Assembly: GCA_010093705.1 (NCBI GenBank)
Contig: MU006094.1
Location: 1,215,550-1,279,549, forward strand
Source: Patellaria atrata CBS 101060
Lineage: Eukaryota
Reading direction: 5' to 3'
DNA length: 64,000 bases
In this document: piece after piece, positions 1-13,084 of the stretch
How positions within the stretch are numbered: position 1 is the first letter of the stretch
How the letters are laid out: every line of letters begins with the position of its first letter
Program-made: the position numbers and the translations under genes
Notes under the pieces: model-generated
The model's input: only the letters and a program-made list of their open reading frames with translations
Database searches by the model: none
Told to the model about the DNA's origin: nothing

Positions 1-1761
1 TATCAGGTCGACCCTAGGAGATCTTGCCTTCGTACCATACCGCTCGATACCAATTGCACCGCAAAGTCATTCGGCTTCCGCGCAGATAACACAGACTTCG
101 AGACCCTCCGATGAACCCGATGATTATCTCAGTCCACCACAGAAGAGCGGCGCTTCTACGAACCCTTCTAAACCTGTAGAAGTCGTTGGTTCAACAGACG
201 ATAAAGCAAGATCTGAAGCTAGCTATGATGTCAGATCGATTAACGAGAGCGACACCGATGCCCTGCCAGATGATTCGCGGAGAAACTCAACTCCAAATGA
301 GCGACAGCCGTTGAATAATGCACCAGCTAACGGTTCTCTGGCTTCTTCACTGGATGCACCTCCTGATGGACCACCAGCTTCAGTGCCGGATGGACCACCA
401 GAGAGATCATCTCAAATCGCAGACGGGCCCCCTGATGCACCCCCTGATGCACCGACTGATGCCCCCCCTGACGGTCCACCTGATTTCCGGACACCCAAAG
501 TTGAAGTGGGTCTTTCAGATGACGCTCCTCCCCAGATCCTAGATGGGCCCCCCAATGGGCCACCATCGACTTTAGGACAAGGCACTTCAGATAAACCCAA
601 GGCTCTTCAGCAGCCGCTTCCTCCTAAACAAACTTTGGACAGACCCACAACCGAGAATTCCTCTATTAATGGCCCAAAGAGTGAGGAAGTAGACACCGAA
701 CGCCAATTAATCGAAGCCCGACAGAAAGATGCAACCCCCCCTGAGAAGATATCATCCAAGGGGCAATTGCAGAGTAACAAAGAGATCGAATCTTCAGAGC
801 AGCACCAGATGAAACAAGGAGCAGACCATCCTCCAGAACTGTTTTTCAACTTCGACGCTTTGATGCCGCCAGAGATCTGGGAAGATCTACTCCCTGTAAG
901 TGCAGCACTCTTTTGCCAACTCTTTGTTGGATGTTGTCTAACCCCACACAGAAGCCTAAAGAAGATCCTTTGTCCGGACTTAAAGGTTCCACAGTATCCG
1001 CCCTAGGCCTAAACTCATCCAGCATTGGTGGACTTACGGCACAATTCCCCCCACCTCCTGACGACTACATATATCCCGAAGTTAGACTTGCCCAAGGGTT
1101 CCAAGATGAGCTTGCTCAAGCCAAAAAGGCCCAAAACGACGCGGAAGCGGCAGCACTCGCAGCAAAAGCGACCGAGCAACAGGCTCTGCAAGATGCCCAA
1201 ACCGCGAAAGCAGAGAAGGATTCCCTAAACATCGACCTGAGCGCGAAACTTGCAGCGTCTGAGGCAAAGGCATTATCCGCGAATCAAGAGTGGGCCAAAT
1301 CGCTCGAAAGGAACACCGTGCTTCAGCGCGAGGTTGAACAACTGCGCGCACAGAAGAGCACCGCGGAGTCGGAGGCGAATACTTTCAGATCTAAGGCGGA
1401 TGCGGCAAACAACGAGCTGATGGAAAATAAACAGCGACTTGCGACGGTTGAGAACTCACTTCAGCAGGCAAAATCGGAGTTGTTACCCCGCGAGCCGGAT
1501 AATAGGGTCTGGATCGCGTCTATCTATTATGGAAATAAGTTCTATCATGATGCGTGGCTCAACCCCAATGATTGGCTCAAGAGAAAATTCACGGATCTTG
1601 CACATCGCCAGGAGTGGTTCCAGGTTGGAAACGATCTTTTTGGTGAAGATCCGCTGCACGGTCAGTGTAAACAGTTGGTTGTGACATATAGGTATGACGG
1701 GGGAAGGTTGAGGTGGGCTTCAGCTGTGGAAGGTCAACATGCTAAATTCGATCCGTTCTAA
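1..1761 (+). CDS. Hypothetical protein, 5'-partial: DGPP-repeat low-complexity region, coiled coil, C-terminal 'FGEDPxxGxxKQLVVTYRY' domain (DUF3395/lectin-like)
   Basis: Frame of ORF 311..1006 is open back to position 2. Phase-0 intron 896..951 (GTAAGT...CTAAC...CAG) joins it to the frame of ORF 913..1761. Confidence 0.75.
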
Positions 1762-2588
1762 GGTATGATCTCGAGATGCAGTCCCATCACTAATTTATAT
1801 CCGGTACACTGTTGTAACCATGAATTAGAAGGTTAGGTTACTGCTCTTCAGTCCTCTTTATTTGATTCGATGATCGTCTTGTACATCTCCTAATACACAT
1901 ACTGTTGCGTATATTCACAGCCGCGCCGTCGAGCTTGAAGTAACGTTGAAGGTGAAGCATCACTAAGCTCATTGGTAGTCCAATCTCGGTGACAGTACCG
2001 GTTAGGTTCACTCGTTCAAAGATGTACTTTGTAATCGCTAGAATGCCATTTTTGTGGGGAGGGAAGCCGGGAGAAGGAATAATTTGTCGAGCTAAGGTGG
2101 TTCTGTAATAAGGTAGAACTACCTTTAAGCGACCTACCTTATTTCGATCACTAAGATACCTTCTCTCATAGCACCTTCACAGACGGAATGCATAAACCTC
2201 AATCTGATGAAAACGCACCAAAAGCCAATGGATACCAACATCCCCCTCTGCGGCTTTCCGTCATTTAGAGGCCGAGCTTGAGCTGAGCCTTAGAACTCCA
2301 TTCTCACTGACATTTAAAAGATCAAACGCAAGGTCCCATGAAATAGAAAAGTCAACCTCCCGGTCTTGTCGCCAATAGTCTTCTTTGATCATTTTGTATG
2401 ATCCGGAGAATGCGATGCTACTTGTCCATCCCCAAGCACTCCCTGTCATAGGTAAGGAAATTCAGCCTTGTCCCCAGAAATATATTTCAGGCGGGGTATG
2501 TCCGGAGCCATGCGTACTCTCTTAAATGCTCGCTTTCTCTTTTTGATCTCTTTTACCGGATTTCTCCACCAGATATAAACTACTGATC

Positions 2589-5500
2589 ATGTCCGGGTTG
2601 GAGGCTTTTGCAGCCGCCGCCGCGGTCGCGCAATTTGTAGACATTGGTGGTCGAACTGCTGTCTTTAGCTCAAGTTATTGGGACGTTCAAAGATGATCCT
2701 GAAACCACAAGACGAATATTCCAGGCCGTTGACGATCTTGTTACTCTGATGAACCTACTTAAATTAAAGCTCGATGCGTATAATGCTCTAGGAAGTGCAG
2801 TGCACTCAAACGTCCAGCACTAGAATCTGCGAACTCTATCGTCGATAATTGTATTCGAGATGTCCAAGCTCTTTGGCTATTGTTACAACCCTAGTTCTTG
2901 ATCATCAAGATGGACGTCCGAAGAAAGTTTGCAGGATCTCTTGGGCTTTTCAGAATGAGAAGGAGATCACAGGAATGTGTAGACACTTAGAACACCTCAA
3001 GTTCTCGCTATCTCTTTGGATCAGCAGTCAAATTCAAATACACCTTGAAGAAATCCTGTAAGCTTGAATCTTGATCTCACTTACCGCTCCGCCCGCTGGA
3101 ACATACTTCTAAATAGATATATATCCCAGGAAGATAAAAAAAATTCCCAAGAGGCGATGTTACAGCCACAAGAGACCGTGTTCAGTCATTAGAACAAACC
3201 CTAGATCCCTTACCTAACCAAGCTACCTCTATAATCAACTCCGTTCGGACCTTGGACCGTACCTTGACCCCTTTACCCACCCAAGTCCAAAGGATCGAGC
3301 AAGGGATTCGGTCATTGAACGCCAAGGCAACTTTATCAGTACAAGAATACAAACAACTGTCGGACGGGACAAATGCCTTGGCCATTTCCCGAACATCCCC
3401 AAATCCTCTCAGATGGTGACCATGAATGAAAAAATTCATGGAATTCGGGATACACTCAATGTCCATGCCGCATCCAAAGAGGATATTTCGATGGCAAGGT
3501 CCCTTCCAACTGATTTCGCAACTCAATAGTAATGTAGCCAATAACTACCGAGAATGCTCATCGATTCGTGACGGGAGTGCAAAATTAGTGAGGGGAACAA
3601 AACATCGAATTGTCATCGGGCTATGGCTAATCACGCCATTCTAGGTGGATAGCATTAGCCGACGTTGTCTTAGCAAATCGAGTCTTCTCGCTGAAGCAAT
3701 TCGCGAAACCCGGCAACAGTCTGGGGATCCGTTGGCCCAAGAGATATCCTGTCAGCTCGTCCGACGTCGCTCCTACCACGACTCTAAGATTCTCATTGGG
3801 TGCACAAACTTCGCCTTTCGTCGAGTCAAAAAACTGGTATATAGATCCAATCGGGATAAGAAGACATTCTGCGAAATAGAATGGCAAGGTCCAGTATTAC
3901 CCATCATTAAAAGGGCGTTCTAATTTACCTTCACAGCTGTCTCTAGTGCTGCAGGTTTCGCAGTATCTCAGTGTATCGTGCTAAAGAATGTTTTAAGCAG
4001 GGCGGAATCTCCAGCATTTAGACTATTTGACCAACTCGATGGCCGTATATGGGCAGCCGAGAAAGAATTAGCCCTTAGTGCAAAGGCGCTTGAGCAAGAC
4101 AAGGTAGTTTTGCAAGTGATTGCAAACATGATGGACGAACTTGCTCTTGTTCTCCGATGAGGTAAAGCTTCCGCTCGTGTCACCGACGTAAATGGGCATA
4201 CATTGTTACATGTACTGAAGCATTTCTAGATGAAAGTGGTGACCATAACTAATCTATCATTTAGGAACTAGTCCTTGTAGCTTCGCCATATCGTCGTACC
4301 GTCCCTTTATGTTTGGAGACAATCTTGCGCACTGCTGCCCTTTTAGTAGAGGAGGGTATCGACCGAAACGCGCTTGGCCCAGACAAGTAAGACCTTTTAG
4401 CTTCGGGATGACTTCAATACATATAATTCTGAGCGTACTAAGCCTTGATGCATTCGCAAGTTTCTTCTCGGGCAGTCTCCCTATCAGAGACAACACTACA
4501 CAACCCGTTGTTTAGATTTTACTATCCATTGGTTGCGAGCTCGTTTCAACTCCTGGTATTCAGAGTTTGTTGCTATTTTTTTTATGGACCTCCTCCCACA
4601 GATAGACGGCCTCGCCGAATGTAAGTTGATTTTTGTCTCGTATTGCAATATCTCTACTAAACATGAAACAGTGTTTGGTTATGGTCCTCTGGTGCTCTCA
4701 ATTATGGAGAGGAACGGAATGCTGATGAGAAAATTCTTAGACCGCGGGTGCAACCCAAATTTGTCCTCTAGGCCTGGCTTTTTGAGCGAGGAACGCCTTC
4801 TACTGTCGCCTCTCACCCTAGATATTGACTGATATAAGGGATTTCAAACACTCCTTGAGCATAACGCGGGCCCAGCTGAAACATATCATGCATTAAAGTA
4901 AGGAAATGAACCGATCATCTCAACGCTTCTAAAGGCGGGAAAATTATACTGAGCCTCTTCAGATCGTCTCTAGGCCCATATAAATCCAATAAGGGGGAAT
5001 TGCGTTCCTCTACAGTATCATCAGGAATCAAACAGGAGTTTATTATAAGTCTAGTTAAAAACCGAGAAGAGCTCAAGACCTTAAGAATGACACATTTCCC
5101 AGAGTTGGAATGGTACGAAGAAGTATTGGATGTTGGCGCTTCTGCAGTCTCCATCCTATTATTAGATATTTGAGTAGACTTACCGTTTTATATCTGGCTC
5201 AATCCAGCCGTATGACGATTTATCATCGTTCCGAGTTTAGTACTGAAGTTGCAAAAATACTTTTCAGAGCCGTATTTCGCTCCATTGACCACGATGATGA
5301 AGAAGGAATGAAACCACTCGTGGATCTAAGTTTTCACCGAGTTCACTGTCGGTTTTTGGAAGAGTATCTGCTCTGTCTTGTTAGCAAAGGTTCTAAAACG
5401 ACTTTCACCCAACACGAGCAGTCTTTCAGTGTGTTCCAATTGCCAGACTGGTGTTGGCTGCCCCCTCTCTCCAATGACACTATTACTTTAATAGTAGAGA

Positions 5501-6347
5501 CTTGGGATTCAATAATTACCGATAACTGTGTTTGTTACTGCTCATCCTAGGGGTGTAATGCTGTGCAATTCAACTTAAGGCACTACTGTATTAGTAAAAA
5601 ACGCAGGTGGTCTGCCCTTGAACAAGGTTTGAGGCTATGCAATTCGAAAGTGCGCGAAGAGGTTTACTATTCCTAGGCCTGCAGATTGGTCGTATTTGAA
5701 CCGCTTGGCATGTCCCATACATGTTGTTCCTGGAAGCGAGATGATGATGATGACGACAACGACGATGACAAGGTCTCAAAAGTGTCAAATTAAGGAAATG
5801 CGGCCAGACTGTCCAACCTAGAACAAGAAAGGATAAGAGAAGAGGATGAGGAATCACGAGCCGATTTGGCTACGATCATAGATACCTACGTACTAGCAAA
5901 AAAGTACTCTGGAAACCTTCAGCGAGAATTCTGGACGGATTGGCTGGCGGTTCTGAATCGCGTGCTACCTGAAAAGGACTGGCAACGGGAACTTTGTTAG
6001 AGCTAAAGGACGCGGAGATTTGCGGCAAGGCTCTTGAGAATCATGTGCTAACGCTTGATAACGGCGATATTGAATTTAGGGGAGCGGGGGGGTATGGTAA
6101 GCCTTCAATACTGCATGTTTGGGATGAAGAAGACAAGCTATTTACCTACTAAGAGCTAATCCTGCGATAACTCATTGGGGAGGGAGAAGCTTATGCTCTG
6201 ATACGCAAAACAAAGGACAGCGATATTCAAGAGAGTACTGGCGATGGGATGACTACGAAGGAGGTCGCCTGTGAAAGAACTACACTAACGCTTTTCGTGT
6301 TCAATGAAACAACGACAGCCTCTCGCAAGAGTGCTATGACGGCTTGA
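2589..6347 (+). pseudogene. Degenerate fungal N-terminal helical domain / ankyrin-type gene
   Basis: Starts MSGLEAFAAAAAVAQFVDIG (typical fungal STAND-like N-terminus). Later SPAFRLF and GKASARVTDVNGHTLLH motifs. Many stops and frameshifts break it into short ORFs (3978, 4533, 5110). End approximate. Confidence 0.6.
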
Positions 6348-6972
6348 ACGACACAATGTCATATGTTCTGCATGAAGAGAGGATGTACAAAGGGGCTAAC
6401 AAATTGCTACGGGTTGTTTTTAATTTTACATATTCAATTCTCTCCACCTTTTAGCTCAAACCCTCAATTTCCCCTCAAAGCTCTTATGAATTACTGTAAG
6501 ATTTTTTGCCAAAGATATCCGGCGGATTCAATATACGAACGTTTGGCCTATTACCTACGCGGATTTTTTAGGACGTACGCTTTATCACAACAACTACAGT
6601 TAAGAGCACCACATGAAAAAGGACCGGGATATAAAAGTTTACAGAACAAAGAGATTGTCGTCATAAACACTTTGTTTATCTACGAAAAGCCATCGAGCGG
6701 AGTGGGGTACTGTATTCCCTGGCGGAGCTTTGTTCTCTTTATATGCTTGTAGAAATATGATGTCCACCGAAGCCTCATACCCCCATTCATTAGCTTTATT
6801 GATTCTGTCGCCAGGGTTGTTTCTTGTCAATAGAAAGGAGCACAACCCATTCAGATGAATACAATAGACTTGATTATGTGCAAGAGAGCAGTTTCATAGA
6901 AGAGTTTATGTTCATATCTCGCATCATCTCCACATAGCCTCTCATCCACAGTAGCTTCACTCCTTTTCCGGT

Positions 6973-7707
6973 TCATCCTTTGAAATAACTTTTCTCCTCT
7001 CCCCTTTCCTCTCCCAGCAGTTCCTTCCCATCCTCCCCTATTTCTCTCTCCCTGACTACCCCCTTTTCCTCTTCCTCTTCCTCTGCCATTACTACATCCT
7101 CCTCCTCTCCCATTTCCAAATCCCTCAGATGCCTCACCTCCAGCCCGGTCAAACATTTCTGCACACTGGCATACTCCACATCCTCCCCAATAGCCCTAAC
7201 CGTAAACTCCGTATGGCCCTCCGGACTCTCCCACCCGGAGATAACCACACACTCAGGCCGTCCCTCTTCCGCATCCTCCCGCCACGCCGCGAGCACCGGA
7301 TACCTCGACGCAGCCGCCAGCACATCGACCACGTGCGGCAACTTTGCCACGAACTCTGCAACTCGCGCCGGCTGGATGAAGAGCCGCGTGAGCGCGATCA
7401 CGGGAGCGGAGAGGGGTAATTGGGCGCTGGGGGAAAGTGGGATGTGGATCCCCCAGTTGAATTCGAGGAGGTCTTCTTGCGGCTCTAGGATGCTGGCTGC
7501 GGAGGACGAGGAGAGGAAGTCCTGGTGTGCGCTGAGGGAGGCCCAGTGGCCCAGGATGTAGAGTTTGCTGGGGTCGTCGAGGCAAGTGTAGAAGTGGGAG
7601 TTTGTTTGAAGGGCGGTGCGGACGGTGCGGAGGACGGGGAGGAGGGTGGGTGTTGTGGCTGTTGTGGGGGGGAGCAGGGAGAGAGAGGTCAGTTCTAGAG
7701 TGGGCAT
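6973..7707 (-). CDS. Dimeric alpha-beta barrel (ABM-like) protein with acidic tail
   Basis: Single exon from ATG 7707 (MPTLELTSLSL). Duplicated barrel motifs LYILGHWASLSAHQDF and VVISGWESPEGHTEF. Confidence 0.75.
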   Translation of the reverse strand: MPTLELTSLSLLPPTTATTPTLLPVLRTVRTALQTNSHFYTCLDDPSKLYILGHWASLSAHQDFLSSSSAASILEPQEDLLEFNWGIHIPLSPSAQLPLSAPVIALTRLFIQPARVAEFVAKLPHVVDVLAAASRYPVLAAWREDAEEGRPECVVISGWESPEGHTEFTVRAIGEDVEYASVQKCLTGLEVRHLRDLEMGEEEDVVMAEEEEEEKGVVREREIGEDGKELLGEERGEEKSYFKG

Positions 7708-9099
7708 TTTGTGATTGGTGGGTTTGGGGTTGGTCTTTGGGTAGTTATGTTGTGGGGAAATGACTGAGTTAAAAGTAATGAGTTGAAAGACTGGCAAAGT
7801 TACTGATTTGAATTTTAAAAGAGTGGAGATTCAGTTGGTGAAAACTAAAAGAAAGTTGAGGTCACACAAAAAAATGGATTTGTAGTTCGCTTCCCTAGAT
7901 GTCCGCCACCCTTATATACGGTTCTTCTACCTTAGATTGATGTTAAAGTTACCCTTATGAGTTGTTGGACGATTGTTAGAGCCGGAATCCTGATGCTCGG
8001 AATGCTTCCGAAGAGTCTCAGAATGAGGTAGGGGTTCACTTTGCAACAAAAGTGATCTCAGCAAAGTGATAAAACCCTAGACGGTTATACTTGTCTTGTA
8101 TTTACCTGGAATTTAAATTTCTTATGCTTTCATGATAGGATGATTTTAAAACAAACGTTGGTAGAAGAAAAGGGGGACGTTAGCCGAAAGGGGTAAGCGG
8201 CATGGGCTACTGATTATGTAATATTCCTCTTCTTTTCGTCCTATCACATCTTACCAGTCACCACCACCAACGCAACATCCAATGTTAGTTCGCACGGAAG
8301 TACAAGTAATGAATGATTAGGAAGACCTGCAAGCGTAGAAAGCGTAGACCCGATCTAGTTCTACAGCAGAGCAACACGGTCAGCCCGACTCGAGATCTGC
8401 ACCGTCGCTCGTCCTCACCCCCTGGTCCCGACTGTACAGTGTCTTCGGAATCATGCTGACAAGGTGGTATAGTTGTTACCCCCCATCATCAAACTGCATC
8501 GAGTAGAAATGACAGACTCTCTGTAGTGGCAATACTAACAGAACGATGTCGTGTGACTTACTCCAAGCTTTACCATCCAATCTACATCACGGGGTTAAGA
8601 GTAAGCAAAAGACTTGATGTCGCAGTAATGGTCATTGGGTATCATCCCCTCGAAATGAGGGTTGAGGAAAACTGAGCCGTACCACAGCCTCAGCCAACGG
8701 ATCGAAGCATATGCAAATTCCGACGAAAATTCTTCATCTATTCGATGAACTCCTCTGGGCAAAATTTTACGCCATGCTAAGCAAGTCTCCTTACGATCAA
8801 GCGGGTATTGTCGCTACACCCATCTTGCGCTTTCTGTTTTTCCAGTACAGACACTACTCTGTCTGCATTTTATGGCGTCATATGGGGTGGTGCAAAACCC
8901 TCAGCAGCTACAATTGTCCAGTTGCACAATCGCGGCTTTTATTGCCTCTGTCTATTCTCTGTAGAAAGGGGTCCTGTCATTAGAATTTCGATCTGTGTCT
9001 GATTTACTCTCTACTTCACCCTGTCATAACATTGCGCATCTCCTTTTTTGTCTCGTGTGGTTACTATTATAACTCGATAATTCTCACCCACGAGGGAGA

Positions 9100-9527
9100 A
9101 TGGATCCTATCTCAATGATTGACCTCGGAGGCTCACTATTTGAGATTTGCGGCCTAGGGTGTGAATTAGCATCACAAGCTCAAGAGATCTATACCTCTAA
9201 AGACGGACTCCGCAATCAAAATGCTGAATTGAGGGATAGAACTACTTGCCTGCAAGAGCTTGTTCGGCCTTTGGCGGCGGGTGAGGTCCCCCATACTTCG
9301 GGTGAGGAAGCCTTGCGACGCATTGCTATGGAATGTTGTTTTCAATTGGAGAAATTGCTAGAGATTCTGAAGGGCTTACAGATACCTGAGAACGGTAAGA
9401 ACAGGTTCCTCGGCATCCCTGGGAAGGTGATTTCCAGGTGGTGAAAGAAACAACAGATTGGGACGATTGAAGTGCAAATAGAATAGTTGAACACTCAAAT
9501 CAACACCCAAGCAGTATTACTAGTGCG
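9100..9527 (+). pseudogene. N-terminal helical domain of an NLR/STAND-like gene, truncated
   Basis: MDPISMIDLGGSLFEICGLGCELASQAQEIY...N.EL motif, in-frame stops at 9442 onward, GTAAGT donor ~9528 directly followed by LINE sequence. No downstream exons seen. Confidence 0.6.
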
Positions 9528-9885
9528 GTAAGTCCACGTTAAATGCCCTATCATTTTAGGAAGTCCAAATAGTATGGTAAAACATCTTCAGAGTTATTAT
9601 AGCAGCAATAAAGTATATTACCAGCTCCAAAAGTCAACTGATGAAGCTTTTAGCTAGGAACCAAACGCTTATTAGAAATTGGAAGATTGAGAGAATGATA
9701 GCACAATGCACACCACCCTGGAAGAACACAATGCAGGCAAATACCTGTATCTTTAAGAAGGACAAAGAGAATGCTGCTAAGGAGCACAATCAGCTACTCA
9801 AGTGTCTGGCACCAGAATTGAAGGACGGAAAGACTAGTGTGTATTACACAGATGGGTCAAAAGACGGCAACAAAAATGCAGCAGG

Positions 9886-10048
9886 TGTGAGCGGCCTCTA
9901 GTAATTGTGTTCCAACTATCTAGTCCAGATGCTATCTACAATCAAGATGAAGAAGAAGAGAAAAGTCTGAGGATAGGTTTGAGGGAAATATTACTGGCTG
10001 ATCTTCGGATTCAGGGCATCCCATACCACTAGGCTCTAGCCTGTTACA
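9886..10048. mobile_element. Solo LTR, family A (163 bp), nested in LINE RNase H
   Basis: TG...CA ends (TGTGA...TTACA). 5-bp TSD GCAGG at 9881-9885 and 10049-10053. Removing it restores the RNase H frame. Confidence 0.92.
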
Positions 10049-10738
10049 GCAGGAGCTTGTAAAATAGGCAAAGACAACTTAATTCTATTTGCCAGCAACT
10101 AGAACCTGGGAGACAGCATTGAAATCATGGATGCAGAACTTTTTGCAGTGCTGAAGGCAATGGAAAGGGAAAGAAAAGAACAAGAAAAGGGACAATCAAC
10201 TTCCCAAACAGTTTGGATCTTTATTGATAGCCAAGCAGCAATTAAAAGACTACAGAAGAACTGCCTTGCAGGAGGATAAGAACTGGTCACACTGATAGGC
10301 AATCAGTATGACATCCTGACAACAGAATGGGGTATAATTGTCGATTTCAGCTGGGTCCCAAGCCACAAATTCATTTTTAGCAATGAGCTGGCAGACAAAC
10401 TGGCCAAACTTGGATTGGAAAGGAAATCTGTACAAGCATCATTCACCTCACTTAGCCACCTGAAACGTATAAGTAGAGAAAAGATTACAACAGATTGGAA
10501 AAGACAATGGGAAACAAACTCTAGAAGACAAGGGAAGCATTATACCCAAGTGTGAAGAGCAGCAATCTCATTTTCAACCAAATCATCGATCTCAAAATAT
10601 TCAACGAGGACTCAAGCAGCATTCTTTCAGCTGAAGAGTGGAGCAGGCTTCTTCAAGTCATACTTCAAGAGAATTGGAAAGGACACTGAAGGGAAATGTT
10701 TTGGAGACTGTAGGTTTATCCAAAACCAAGACACCTGA

Positions 10739-11018
10739 TGTCACGGGTTAGACCCGATAGGTATAAGTACCTTGGATGATCCAGCGGCTTAGCTATGCTA
10801 TACTTAAATTGAACAACTTACGTTGTTCTGGCACTTTCTCTTACATTCTTTCCTTAAGTTTAAGCTCCATGCATGATCCAGTAGCTTAGTCATGTTGTAC
10901 TTTAATAGAACAGCTCACGCTGTTCTGATACTCTCTTTTACTTTCTTTCCTTAAGTTTAAGCTTCATGTACATACAGCAATATACCTTTCAGCTCTCATC
11001 TGAGGTTGAGCCTTGACA
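10739..11018. mobile_element. Solo LTR, family B (280 bp, internal tandem duplication), nested in LINE
   Basis: TGTCA...TGACA ends. TSD CCTGA at 10734-10738 and 11019-11023. Confidence 0.9.
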
Positions 11019-11569
11019 CCTGATTCTTCACTGCAAACATTACTCCAAAGAAACGCAAAATCATGGAGAAGCAGCTAAAGTCAAGAATGACGCTAACAAA
11101 ACTCTTTTGTACAGAGAAGAGTAAAGAAGTACTCTTCCAATACTTACACAATACACAAATCTCAACAGCTAAATTGCTACTACATAGAAGAGAAATAAAT
11201 GAAGAAGAACAAGTAAGATATTAAAAATGATAGCATACAGGGGAAAAGCTAGATTGATATATAATGCAGGGGACTGAAGAGCAAAGGATACAGTGGAGTT
11301 GGTTCAAGTTTTCTAATGCTTCGATTAGACTGCAAAGTTTGGGCAACTAGGGAGCTTCACTCCTCAGACACTCTCACTAGACATATTATTGCCCTAGGAT
11401 AGGGGTTTATGTAGATAGAAGAGTAACGCCATAGCCCAAGAGGCTGCATGCGCAGTATTGTAGATAATGCAATATAATGGATGAAAAGAAAAAAAGGCCA
11501 TACTTTTGAAAATTCTCATAGAGCACTCATTACCTGCCCATCCTCCACGCTTCCATCCAGTAAATAAGC

Positions 11570-12153
11570 ACGCAGCTTCCCGCCATAAATCTCCGCGCTC
11601 TCCTCTTCTGCAACATTCTTGCCTTTACCACCGCACTCCCAGCAGCCACACCCGACACCCCCTCCTACAACAACCCACCGCAAGCCAACCACGTCCCATT
11701 TCTCAGTAGGTAGGCCCTTCCGCACCTCCTAAGTATATGCCTTTCACACCGACGTCGTAACATGCTACGCTTTACCCGCTGGTATGAAGGACGCTACTGT
11801 CAAGGCTCAACCTCTGATGGAAGCTGAAAGGTATATTACTACATGTATATGAAGCTTAAACTTAAGGAAAGAAAGTTTTGAGACAGCATATGCTGTTCTG
11901 CTAAAGTACAGTATTACTAAGTCGCTGGATCATCCAAGGCACTTATACCTATTGGGTCTAACCCGTGACAGCTGCGGCGTTCAGGCTCGAGTGGCCGGGC
12001 CCGTACAACTGCGTGCTGTATACGGAGGCGAAGTGCACGGGTTCGGTATTGCGGATCTCCCCGCATATGGGCCGGACTTGGGTGGCGATACACGGTACGC
12101 GGGTGGAGAATCACGTGCGTAGGTTTAGATGCGGGTTTAAAATTACACCTTGA
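11570..12153 (+). pseudogene. Small secreted Cys-containing (effector-like) protein gene, disrupted
   Basis: Signal-peptide-like (T)QLPAINLRALLFCNILAFTTALP from an ACG. After LTR removal the frame reads CYALPAGMKDAAAFRLEWPGPYNCVLYTEAKCTG...VRRFRC. A stop/frameshift lies near 11710-11750. Confidence 0.6.
11798..11970. mobile_element. Solo LTR, family B (173 bp), inverted relative to the 10739 copy
   Basis: TGTCA...TGACA ends, reverse-complement homology to 10739..11018, TSD GCTAC/GCTGC (1 mismatch). Confidence 0.88.
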
Positions 12154-13084
12154 TGGTTATAGGGGAAGAGGCGAAAAGGGATACTCTTGTCTCTTATAGT
12201 TGGGTTGAGTACCGGGAACGAATTGTGTTCGTGCCATCTTGATTTCTGTAAAATACAGTACAAAACAGGAATTCGAAAGGCTTTTCTACACAATATTGAA
12301 TATGAGCGAGGAACGCTAATATGAACCGTTTCTTATCGTTGTAATTTTAGACTTTAAGTGTACTTCGGTGTGAAAATAGGGATACGAATTCTGATGTGGA
12401 CCGGAAGGTTAATATCTCAACTGCAAGTTGAAAGTAATATCACTCAATTCAGAATCCTTTTATGAAACGACACAGATCGTTTCAAACGTGGACTTGGTAT
12501 TTGAGAGAGGAATGAGCGCTCGGAGGCGGGTTGACTGCGTGTTTCCATTTATTCGGATGCTGCTAGGAACAGAAGACTTGCTCAATGGTGCGTGTTATGA
12601 AAGGGGGAAGCTTAGCGTCAATCATACGTCCAATTGCATTGACTATCGCAATAAAAAGTAAAAGAAAGTGCACAAGTGGCCCATAGGTCTTGTTAAGGGG
12701 AAAATATACAAAGAACGGCGGAGATCATCAGCTCGTCTTCATATACCGTTTAGCACAAATTCCACTGTCGGAATATTCATTGAACATGAAAAAATATCAA
12801 AGATCGTGTAAATATTATTTCTGCCAGGAGAGATTTCATATATAAGGAGAAATGGCCCAGTCTCTCGGATACAAACAAATTTGAGCATACGTGATGAATA
12901 ACTGGGAGATAAATAGTAGATCCTTTAGACTAGAAAATATTAATAGACTCAGGCAAAAAGTTGAACAGTAAGACGTATTTGATATATTGGTTTGCGGGTT
13001 TCCAATCAGAACAATTGAATAAAGATCTGCAATGTATATAGATATGAACCGGGTGTTGGTAAATTAGCGTAGTAGAGGTACTTG

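Larger units (their letters stand above)
9541..11495 (+). mobile_element. 5'-truncated Tad1-like non-LTR retrotransposon (RNase H + zinc knuckle), inactivated
   Basis: RNase H motifs YYTDGS, EIMDAELFAV, IFIDSQAAI, WVPSH, NELADKLAK. C-terminal C..C...HLILHC after removing nested LTRs. A-rich tail ends 11495. Internal TAG/TAA stops. Left edge approximate, no TSD found. Confidence 0.85.

Noticed and set aside
6960..7120. Pyrimidine-rich tract
   Set aside because: Explained by the E/G/K-rich C-terminus of the minus-strand gene.
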